Origin: Anaerolineae bacterium
GTDB lineage: Bacteria > Chloroflexota > Anaerolineae > E26-bin7
Direction of reading: 5' to 3'
Assembly (NCBI GenBank): GCA_029933115.1
Contig: JAOZOT010000004.1
Location: forward strand, 1 to 35,941
DNA: 35,941 nucleotides
The notes beneath the pieces were generated by a model that had not been told where the DNA came from, did no database searches, and worked only from the letters and a program-made list of their open reading frames with translations. Position numbers and translations under genes: made by a program. The stretch's first letter is position 1, and each line of letters starts with the position of its first letter. Shown here one piece after another: positions 22,832 through 30,823 of the stretch.

Positions 22832-25800
22832 GGCTCTGAAACTGGAACAGAATAAGGTGGAAGAGACAAAGCCGGCTCCGACTGCCGGTGAGCAACGGTT
22901 GCTGGCAGAACTGGCGGCCTTGCAGCGCATCGGCCAAAAGCTCAACTCGACCCTGGACCTGGAACAGATCTTGGAGGCGGTTTTGCAGGAGGCCGTCGGA
23001 GTTACACCGGCTACCTGTGCCGGCATTTACCTCATTGACCAGGACAGCGGGCAATTGCGCCTGCGCGCCTGGCGCGGCTACAACCCGGAACAAGTAGCGA
23101 CCACGGAGAACGCCGAGGCCGGGTCAGCAGATGGCGTCATCCGCCAGGTGATTGAAACAGGTCAGACGGCCTCTCTCCCTGACGTAAGCCGGTTCCCCGG
23201 CCGCTATTGCTTGAATTCAGACACCCGCTCCGTTTTGGCCGTGCCCATCTGCTACGCCGGAGAGATAGCGGGCGTCATTAACCTCGAAAGCCCGGAAGCG
23301 GCAGCCTTCAATCCAGACAACATCCGCTTCCTGGAAATTCTGGCGGATCATACAGCCATGGCCGTTGGCAACATCCAGCGTTACGAGGATCAGGTAAGGC
23401 AAGGAGAGGCCCTGAGCCGTCGGGTGGAACAACTGGCTACCCTTTTTGAGATCTCTGGCGCTCTACGTATGGACCTGGGCCTTGAGGACATCCTGGAGCG
23501 GATCGTCCACGCCATCCCCGATGTGGTCGGTTTCAACAGGGCTCTGCTCAGTTGGGTAGAAGGAGATCCACCTTATTTAAAGCGCGTGGCATCGGCCGGG
23601 ATACCCCTTGCCGTTTTCAAACAACTCCAACGTATACGTCAACCTCTGGCTAAATTTGAGGCAGTCATGCGTCCAGAGTACCGCATTAGCAACTCCTACT
23701 TTATCCCCCACTACTGTCAGGAAGATTGGGAGAAAGATCTGGCTGTCTACACCCCGCCGGAGGGAGAGGAAAAGTGGCCCGAAGGGAAGTGGCACCCCGA
23801 TGACATGTTGCTGGTGCCCCTCAGAAGCGTGGACGGAGCCATATTGGGCCTGCTGTCCGTAGATGATCCCCAAGATGGCCTGATACCCAACCGCAGGACC
23901 ATTGAGACCCTGGAACTCTTTGCCAATCAGGCCTCTGTAGCTATCGAGAACTCCCGGCTCTTCGAGGAGCGAGAACGTCGCATCACAGAGTTGGCTACTC
24001 TCACCATCATAGGCCGAATCATCAGTTCGGTCATGGATCTGGACGAACTGATGGACAAGATCTACCAACAGGTCAGCCTGGTGATGGACACCACCAACTT
24101 TTACATCGCCCTCTACGACGAGGAGAAAAATGAGGTAAGCTTCGAGATCGAGGTAGAGGGCGGAAAGCGCCGTCTCAAGAGGAGGCGGGAGGCAGAGATC
24201 GGCCTGACCGGTTATATTATCCGCACCCGCCAACCGGTTCTGATCAAGGAAAACGTGCTTCAGTTTCACGAGGAGATAGGGGTTAAGCCCTCTGGTGAGT
24301 TGGCTCGGTCGTGGCTGGGGGTACCCATGATTGCTGCTGAGCGGGTAGTGGGCGTGATAGCCGTACAAAGCTACGACGAGGAAGGTGCCTACGACGAGGA
24401 ACACCGTGACATCCTGTTCACCATTGCCAACCAAGCCGCCATCGCTATCGAGAACGCCCGCCTCTTCGAAGAAGCCCGCCAGAGAGCCGCCCAATTGGAG
24501 GCCACAGCCGAGGTTGGCCGGCGCATTACCTCCATCCTCGATCTAGATGAATTGCTCTCCCAGGTTGTGGAGCTCATCCATCACATCCTGGGGTACTATC
24601 ATGTCCACGTCTTCCTGGTTGATGAGGCATCCAACGAGGTCGTCTTCCGAGCCGGCTCTGGCGAGACCGGACGGTTGATTAAAGAACGGGGCGGCCTTCG
24701 CCTCAAGATTGGCGAGCAAGGCATCATTGGCTGGGTGGCCGGAGCCGATTCGCCGCTGTTGGTCAATGACGTGTCGCAGGACTCGCACTATGTGCCCGAT
24801 GATGCCTTGCCAGATACCCGATCAGAGTTGGCGGTCCCGCTGAAGATCGGCCGGCGAGTCATCGGCGTCCTGGATGTCCAGAGCGACGAGTTGAACGCCT
24901 TTGACCCGGATGACGTGGCCGTGTTGCAGATCCTGGGTGACCAGGTGGCCATCGCCATCGAAAACGCCCGTCTGTTTGAGGAGACCTTGGCGCGGACGCG
25001 TGAGGTGATGGCCCTGGCAGAGACCGGCCGGAAACTGGCTTCCACCCTCGAACTGGACGCAGTCCTGGATTCCATCATGGATGCCTGTCTCGAGTTGTTC
25101 CAGGTTCGCCAGGCCTGCTTCATCATGATGGACAAAGACGGCTACCTGCGGATGAGACGCCACCGAGGGCTTAGCGAAGAATTTGTCCGCAGCATTGTGG
25201 GCCGACCAGGCGAAGGATTCTTTGGAAAGGTCTACCAGAGCGGCCAGCCCATTCTGATCAGAGACGCCCGTGAGCAACTCGACCCAGACACGGCCGAAGC
25301 AGTGAAGCGGGAAGGGATCATATCCTTCGTCCATGTGCCGGTCAAGGTCAAAGGCGAAACAGTGGCGGTAATGAACCTGACCTCATCGCAAGAAGACCGC
25401 CGTTTCAGCGAAAAAGACCTGGAGAAGCTGAGTGCTTTCGCCGACCAGGCAGCCGTCGCCATCGAGAACGCCCGCCTTTTCGAGGAAATCCATCAAAGAG
25501 CCCTCCAGCTTGAGACTCTGGTTGGAGTCAGTCAGCGTATCACCTCTGCTCTGAGCTTGGATGAATTGCTGTATCAGGTGGTACACCTCATCCAGCAGAG
25601 CTTTGGCTATTACCACGTGCACATCTACCTGGCCGATACTGAAGCGGGCTACATGGTCCTGCACGAGGGGACAGGAGAACCCGGGCGCAGCATGAAAGAG
25701 CGCGGCCATCGCATCAGAATAGGCGAAGGGCTGGTGGGTCACGTGGGGCAAAAAGGCGAAGCAGTGCTGGTCACCGATGTCAGCCAAGAGCCCCGCTGGC

Positions 25801-27197
25801 TGCCCAACCCCCTGCTGCCCGATACCAAATCGGAGTTGACCGTGCCCCTCAAGCTGGGCAATGAATTGCTGGGCGTGTTGGATGTCCAGAGTGACCGGGT
25901 GGGGGGGCTGACCGAGGACGATATGGCCCTACTGGAAGGGTTGGCCGGGCAGATCGCCGTAGCTATTGCCAACACACGGCTGTTTGAGCAGATGCAGGCT
26001 TACGCCCGCCAGTTGGAAGAACACAAAGCCACCCTGGAAGAGCGAGTGCGAGAGCGTACCGAGGAACTGGCGGCCGCCCTCCGTCACCAAAAGCTCGAAG
26101 CCGACAAGACCAGGGCTATTGTAGAAGGCATCGCCGATGGAGTCATAGTCTTTGACGCTGACAACAGAGTGATCATGGTCAACCCTGCCGCCGAGCGGAT
26201 GCTGAACCTACCGGTGCCCATCGTCCTGGGGCGAGACATGCGTGATCTCATCGAGGAAGCCGACGAAGCCTTCGACCGCGAGGCGACCCTGACGGTCTTG
26301 ACGGTGTTGAGCGCCATGATAGGCAGCCGGGAAAGGTTAGAAGCCGGAGAATCATTGACTCAGACGCGCTTCCAGCTCGGAGAAAGGACCATCGCCGCCA
26401 GTTTCACCTCGGTGGCCTTGACAGATGAGGAGTCTTTCAACATCGTAGCCGTCTTCCGGGACATCACCAAAGAAGCCGAGATAGACCGGATGAAGAGCGA
26501 GTTCCTCTCGATGGCGGCCCACGAACTACGTGCTCCTATGACCTCCATCAAAGGATACAGCGATATGCTCCTCCTGGGGTTGGCCGGGGAGCACGATGAG
26601 AGACAGAAACAATTCCTGAATACCATCAAGGCCAACGTTGACCGGGTGCTGGAGATGGTCAACGAATTTTCAGAAATCTCCCGCCTCGAGACCGGGACCC
26701 TGAAGCTGGACCTCAAGCCTCTTCCCATGGGCGATTTGGTGTCAGAAGTAGTGGTCTCATTACGGCCCCAGATCGAGGCCAAAAAGCTGAACTTGACCGT
26801 AGAAGTGCCACCAGACCTGCCTGAGGTATGGGGTGATCGCACCCGTATCATCCAAGTCCTGACCAATCTGGTCACCAACGCCTACAAGTATACCCCAGAA
26901 GGGGGAGGGATAGCTATCACCGCTCAGTGGGTTGACGATAGTGTGCAGGTGGACGTCGCTGATACGGGGATAGGCATCGCTCCTCAGGATCAGGACAGGC
27001 TTTTCACCCGTTTCTTCCGCGCCGACCACCCCGAAGTCCGACGAGTTGCGGGCACAGGTCTTGGCCTGTCCATCGCCAAGTCCATCATTGAGATGCACGG
27101 CGGACGCATCTGGGTGGAAAGTAAATTGGGAGAAGGTAGCACCTTCAGCTTCACCCTGCCTTTGGCAAACCGTGTGCAAAGAGAGTGGGAAATATAA
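22815..27197 (+). CDS. Giant sensor histidine kinase: 6 x GAF - coiled coil - PAS - HisKA - HATPase_c (no receiver)
   Basis: Six GAF modules (terminal helices AVGNIQRY, AIENSRLF, AIENARLF x3, AIANTRLF). PAS at IVEGIADGVIVFD. H-box AHELRAPMTSIKGY, NLVTNAYKY, DTGIGI, GTGLGL. The start overlaps the preceding kinase gene by 17 nt. Confidence 0.9.
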   Translation: MVHLLEALKLEQNKVEETKPAPTAGEQRLLAELAALQRIGQKLNSTLDLEQILEAVLQEAVGVTPATCAGIYLIDQDSGQLRLRAWRGYNPEQVATTENAEAGSADGVIRQVIETGQTASLPDVSRFPGRYCLNSDTRSVLAVPICYAGEIAGVINLESPEAAAFNPDNIRFLEILADHTAMAVGNIQRYEDQVRQGEALSRRVEQLATLFEISGALRMDLGLEDILERIVHAIPDVVGFNRALLSWVEGDPPYLKRVASAGIPLAVFKQLQRIRQPLAKFEAVMRPEYRISNSYFIPHYCQEDWEKDLAVYTPPEGEEKWPEGKWHPDDMLLVPLRSVDGAILGLLSVDDPQDGLIPNRRTIETLELFANQASVAIENSRLFEERERRITELATLTIIGRIISSVMDLDELMDKIYQQVSLVMDTTNFYIALYDEEKNEVSFEIEVEGGKRRLKRRREAEIGLTGYIIRTRQPVLIKENVLQFHEEIGVKPSGELARSWLGVPMIAAERVVGVIAVQSYDEEGAYDEEHRDILFTIANQAAIAIENARLFEEARQRAAQLEATAEVGRRITSILDLDELLSQVVELIHHILGYYHVHVFLVDEASNEVVFRAGSGETGRLIKERGGLRLKIGEQGIIGWVAGADSPLLVNDVSQDSHYVPDDALPDTRSELAVPLKIGRRVIGVLDVQSDELNAFDPDDVAVLQILGDQVAIAIENARLFEETLARTREVMALAETGRKLASTLELDAVLDSIMDACLELFQVRQACFIMMDKDGYLRMRRHRGLSEEFVRSIVGRPGEGFFGKVYQSGQPILIRDAREQLDPDTAEAVKREGIISFVHVPVKVKGETVAVMNLTSSQEDRRFSEKDLEKLSAFADQAAVAIENARLFEEIHQRALQLETLVGVSQRITSALSLDELLYQVVHLIQQSFGYYHVHIYLADTEAGYMVLHEGTGEPGRSMKERGHRIRIGEGLVGHVGQKGEAVLVTDVSQEPRWLPNPLLPDTKSELTVPLKLGNELLGVLDVQSDRVGGLTEDDMALLEGLAGQIAVAIANTRLFEQMQAYARQLEEHKATLEERVRERTEELAAALRHQKLEADKTRAIVEGIADGVIVFDADNRVIMVNPAAERMLNLPVPIVLGRDMRDLIEEADEAFDREATLTVLTVLSAMIGSRERLEAGESLTQTRFQLGERTIAASFTSVALTDEESFNIVAVFRDITKEAEIDRMKSEFLSMAAHELRAPMTSIKGYSDMLLLGLAGEHDERQKQFLNTIKANVDRVLEMVNEFSEISRLETGTLKLDLKPLPMGDLVSEVVVSLRPQIEAKKLNLTVEVPPDLPEVWGDRTRIIQVLTNLVTNAYKYTPEGGGIAITAQWVDDSVQVDVADTGIGIAPQDQDRLFTRFFRADHPEVRRVAGTGLGLSIAKSIIEMHGGRIWVESKLGEGSTFSFTLPLANRVQREWEI

Positions 27198-27227
27198 CAT
27201 CTCGTTCATTCACAGATAGGAGCCAAA

Positions 27228-27608
27228 ATGACCACAATCCTAGTTGCTGAAGATGAAAGGGACATTCGAGAGTTAATCGCTTTCACCCTCCGCTTTGGCG
27301 GTTTCGAAGTGGAGGAAGCTATCAATGGGATAGAAGCGGTCGAAAAGGCGCGCAAACTCCGTCCGGACCTGATCCTCATGGACGTGCGGATGCCCAAGAA
27401 GACAGGCTACGAAGCCTGCCAGGAACTGAAAGCGGCGGACGAGACCAAAGACATCCCCATTGTCTTCCTCTCGGCCAAAGGACAGGAGGCAGAGATCAAA
27501 CAAGGTATGGAGTTGGGGGCTGTGGACTATATCCTCAAGCCCTTTGAAGCTGAACAGTTGCCCAAACGGATGACCGAAATCCTGGAGATGACCAAGCGCG
27601 GGAAGTGA
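27228..27608 (+). CDS. Single-domain CheY-like response regulator
   Basis: 126 aa. ILVAEDE, LILMDVRMPKKTG, FLSAKG and DYILKPF are present. GGAG lies 5 nt upstream of the ATG. Confidence 0.9.
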   Translation: MTTILVAEDERDIRELIAFTLRFGGFEVEEAINGIEAVEKARKLRPDLILMDVRMPKKTGYEACQELKAADETKDIPIVFLSAKGQEAEIKQGMELGAVDYILKPFEAEQLPKRMTEILEMTKRGK

Positions 27609-27647
27609 GCAACTGGACGCTTCCAATACCGAGTTCTGACGCAAGCG

Positions 27648-28433
27648 ATGAGCGCAATTGTTATTGACGGTGGATTAATTCATTACGAGAGCTGGGGACG
27701 GGGTAATCCCCTGATCCTGCTCCACGGCTGGCTGGGCTCCTGGCGCTATTGGATGCCCACCATGGAGGAGCTCTCTGAACAATATCGTACCTATGCCCTC
27801 GATCTATGGGGTTTTGGCGACTCTGATAAATCAACAGAGCGCCACGGTGTGGAGAAATATGTGAACCTCCTCAAAAACTTCATGGACGAGCTGGCTGTCG
27901 CTCCGGCCGCACTGGTGGGGCACTCACTAGGAGCCACTGTTGCCGTCAAATTCGCCGTGGCCAATCCCGATCGGGTAACCAGATTGATGGTGGTGAGTCT
28001 GCCGGTGATAGGCGAGGCCATCAACTGCCGTCTGCTTATCTGTGGCGGTACCTCCCCCTTCAGTCGCCTCTTAGGCGGTCGTCGGCCCGTTGACTACGAG
28101 GAAGTGTTGACAGAGACGGAAAAGGCCAGCGAAAGCGTCATCGCTCTAACTGTGCAAGATTGTGCAGCTTTGGATTTGCGAGAAGATTTGAGACAGATAG
28201 AGGTGCCATTGCTAGCAGTCTACGGAGAAAAAGATAACATTGTTGACCCTGCTCAAGCCAGGCTATTGGAAAACACGGCCAGGAACATCCGATCCATCAC
28301 TTTACCTGGATCACGTCACTTCCCCATGCTAGACGAAGCCAGCAAATTCCATCGGTTACTGAGGGATTTCCTGGTGACAGATGACTTGGGAAGCCTGACG
28401 TTGAGGGAAGAATGGCGGAGGCGAACTCACTAG
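27648..28433 (+). CDS. Alpha/beta-fold hydrolase (copy 2, paralog of 5149-5943)
   Basis: LLHGWLGSW, GHSLGA nucleophile elbow, GEKDNIV and SRHFPMLDEA are present. It is collinear with copy 1 over its whole length. Confidence 0.85.
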   Translation: MSAIVIDGGLIHYESWGRGNPLILLHGWLGSWRYWMPTMEELSEQYRTYALDLWGFGDSDKSTERHGVEKYVNLLKNFMDELAVAPAALVGHSLGATVAVKFAVANPDRVTRLMVVSLPVIGEAINCRLLICGGTSPFSRLLGGRRPVDYEEVLTETEKASESVIALTVQDCAALDLREDLRQIEVPLLAVYGEKDNIVDPAQARLLENTARNIRSITLPGSRHFPMLDEASKFHRLLRDFLVTDDLGSLTLREEWRRRTH

Positions 28434-28510
28434 AAGCAGCCGGCCCTCCGAGCTATGCACCGTTGGGGGGTCTGGCCACATCCCAAAAGAGAAGATCAGG
28501 AGGTAATCAA

Positions 28511-29131
28511 ATGGCTGAAGACAGACAGATGCCCAATGTGATGTTGCGAAACCTGCTGGAGGCCATTGCCGAAGTCCTGGGAGAGAATGGCCTGAAAGCT
28601 GTTTTGAATGCAGCGGGCTTGCAGCGATTCATTGACAATTATCCCCCCAACAACATGGATCGGAACGTCACTTTTGCCGAGTACGGTGCGGCCGAGCAAG
28701 CTGTCGAGGACGTGGTGGGGCCAAAAGGGGCCAAGATGATGCTGACACGCATTGGCCGGGCAACGTTCCGCTACGCTCTGGAAGAGCAGCCGGCCGTCTT
28801 GGGACTGGCAGGTGTGGCACTCAAGGCCCTGCCCATGAATACTCGGATGAAGATAGTCCTGGCCAGCTTGGCCAAAGCTGCTACCAAAGATGTCAACCAG
28901 CCAACCGACATCGAAGAACATGATGACCACTTCCTGTTTGTGGTGAGTGAGTGTCCCTGCCGTTGGCGAGGGAAAAAGGACAAGCCGGTCTGCTTCGTCA
29001 CGGTGGGTGTACTCCACGGAGCCCTGCATTGGGCTACAGGCAAGAACTTTAAAATAGAAGAAATAAACTGTATCGCTATGGGCGACGATGCCTGCCGCTA
29101 TCGAATTGACAAAGAGCCGCTGGAGGACTAG
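28511..29131 (+). CDS. V4R-domain protein (copy 2, paralog of 6155-6805)
   Basis: SECPCRWRGKKDKPVCFVTVGVLHGALHWATGKNFKIEEINCIAMGDDACRYRI. It shares the N-terminal helical region with copy 1 (NYPPNN, GPxGxK). ATG at 28511 is preceded by AGGAGG (28497-28502). The ORF-track start at 28412 overlaps the hydrolase. Confidence 0.8.
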   Translation: MAEDRQMPNVMLRNLLEAIAEVLGENGLKAVLNAAGLQRFIDNYPPNNMDRNVTFAEYGAAEQAVEDVVGPKGAKMMLTRIGRATFRYALEEQPAVLGLAGVALKALPMNTRMKIVLASLAKAATKDVNQPTDIEEHDDHFLFVVSECPCRWRGKKDKPVCFVTVGVLHGALHWATGKNFKIEEINCIAMGDDACRYRIDKEPLED

Positions 29132-29914
29132 ATGCGCACTCCCATCATCGCCGGCAACTGGAAAATGAACAAGACCATCACCGAGGCCGTGAATCTGGTC
29201 CGGGCGATGCGGTCGGAGCTAAACGAGGTGCCAGGCGTGGACAAAGTCCTCTGCCCCCCCTTCCCGGCCCTGGCTGCGGTGAAAGAATTGCTGGAGCCAA
29301 CTACCATCAAGCTGGGCGCTCAGAACATGCACTGGGAGGAGCAGGGAGCCTACACCGGGGAAATCTCGCCCCTGATGCTCAAGGAACTCTGTCAATACGT
29401 CATCCTGGGTCACTCGGAGCGGCGGCAATACTTTGGCGAAACGGACGAGGGGGTCAACAAGAAGATAAAAGCAGCTTTGGTCCACAGCCTGATTCCCATC
29501 ATCTGCGTGGGTGAGAACCTGGCCCAGAACGAAGCTGGACAGACGGAAACTGTGATCAGCGGTCAACTCAAGGGATGCCTGGCCGACTTGAGCGCTGAGC
29601 AGGTGCGCGGACTGATCATCGCTTACGAACCTATCTGGGCCATTGGCACCGGCCGGCCCGCCACCGGAGCGGGCGCTAACGCCGTCATCGGCCAGGTCAT
29701 CCGCGGCACCATCAGCGACCTCTACGACGAAGCCACAGCTCAAGCGGTCCGCATCCAATACGGCGGCAGCGTGAATCCGAAGAACATCGCCGAGTTCATG
29801 AGCCAGAGTGAGATTGACGGGGCATTGGTGGGCGGAGCCAGCCTCAGGGCAGCCGACTTTGTGGAAATTGTGCGCATCTCGGCTCAAGTGAAAGGCACCC
29901 TTGCAAGGGCCTAA
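29132..29914 (+). CDS. tpiA: Triosephosphate isomerase
   Basis: Canonical TIM motifs: IIAGNWKMN, ILGHSERR, AYEPIWAIGTG, IQYGGSV. The ATG directly abuts the V4R stop codon (TAG-ATG). Confidence 0.95.
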   Translation: MRTPIIAGNWKMNKTITEAVNLVRAMRSELNEVPGVDKVLCPPFPALAAVKELLEPTTIKLGAQNMHWEEQGAYTGEISPLMLKELCQYVILGHSERRQYFGETDEGVNKKIKAALVHSLIPIICVGENLAQNEAGQTETVISGQLKGCLADLSAEQVRGLIIAYEPIWAIGTGRPATGAGANAVIGQVIRGTISDLYDEATAQAVRIQYGGSVNPKNIAEFMSQSEIDGALVGGASLRAADFVEIVRISAQVKGTLARA

Positions 29915-30055
29915 CAGTTCACCGCCCGACATTTTGAGCAGTGACTCTCCTGCAGAAAGTCGCCTCAATCGCGGGGTCGAACCTCCTCGCCGAAGCGCGT
30001 AACGGCTTCAAATCGCCGCCCAACCTGCGGGAGAGAGTGAAGTGAAGGGAGCGTC

Positions 30056-30820
30056 ATGTTCGGTGATTGGAGCCCTTTCATCTGGCTGGCCATCACTCTG
30101 GTGCCCCTCCTTCTCCTCAAGCGTTGGATAAACCGGCATGTGCAGGGGCTCAGCTTGCTCCTGGTAGGAGACAACGACCTGGCTATGTTCCTGTATTTCG
30201 TACTGTTCCTGCCGGGCATCCTCCTGCACGAATTGAGCCACTGGCTGATGGCCAAGCTCCTGGGGGTGAGGACGGGCAAGATATCCATCTGGCCTTCCAA
30301 AAGAAAGTCGGGCCGTCAGATGCGTCTGGGGTCGGTGAAGGTGGGCCGCGCCGATCCCGTCCGTAACAGCCTCATCGGTCTGGCTCCCCTGCTGAGCGGT
30401 ATCATTGTCATCCTCCTCATTGGCGATTGGATTCTGGGCCTGAACACCATTGGAGACGTTTTCCTGAGCGGTGAATGGCCCGAACTCTGGCAAGGTCTGG
30501 TGACCTACGTCCAGGTGCCCGACTTTTGGCTGTGGCTTTATCTGATCTTTGCCGTGTCAAACGCCATGCTGCCCAGCGAGACCGACCGCCAGTCCTGGCG
30601 ACCTGTCCTCATTTTCTGGGGAGGGGTCGCCGTGCTTCTCTACTTCGTTGGTTGGGTCCCCCAGGTCCCTAGGGCTGTGGCCGACTGGTTCTTGACCGCT
30701 ATCAGCTACTTGGCCTATGTCTTCGGCCTGACCATAGGGGTGGACGTCATCTTTATCATCATCATAGCCATCCTGGAGAAGCTGCTGATGACCCTCAGAA
30801 GAGCGCGGGTGGAGTATTAG
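30056..30820 (+). CDS. Polytopic membrane protein with an intramembrane HExxH motif (M50/site-2-protease-like metalloprotease candidate)
   Basis: HELSHWLMAKLLG lies in a hydrophobic segment, with a downstream SNAMLPSETD (NxxxPxxxD-like) motif. There are several predicted TM helices. Confidence 0.5.
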   Translation: MFGDWSPFIWLAITLVPLLLLKRWINRHVQGLSLLLVGDNDLAMFLYFVLFLPGILLHELSHWLMAKLLGVRTGKISIWPSKRKSGRQMRLGSVKVGRADPVRNSLIGLAPLLSGIIVILLIGDWILGLNTIGDVFLSGEWPELWQGLVTYVQVPDFWLWLYLIFAVSNAMLPSETDRQSWRPVLIFWGGVAVLLYFVGWVPQVPRAVADWFLTAISYLAYVFGLTIGVDVIFIIIIAILEKLLMTLRRARVEY

Positions 30821-30823
30821 AGC

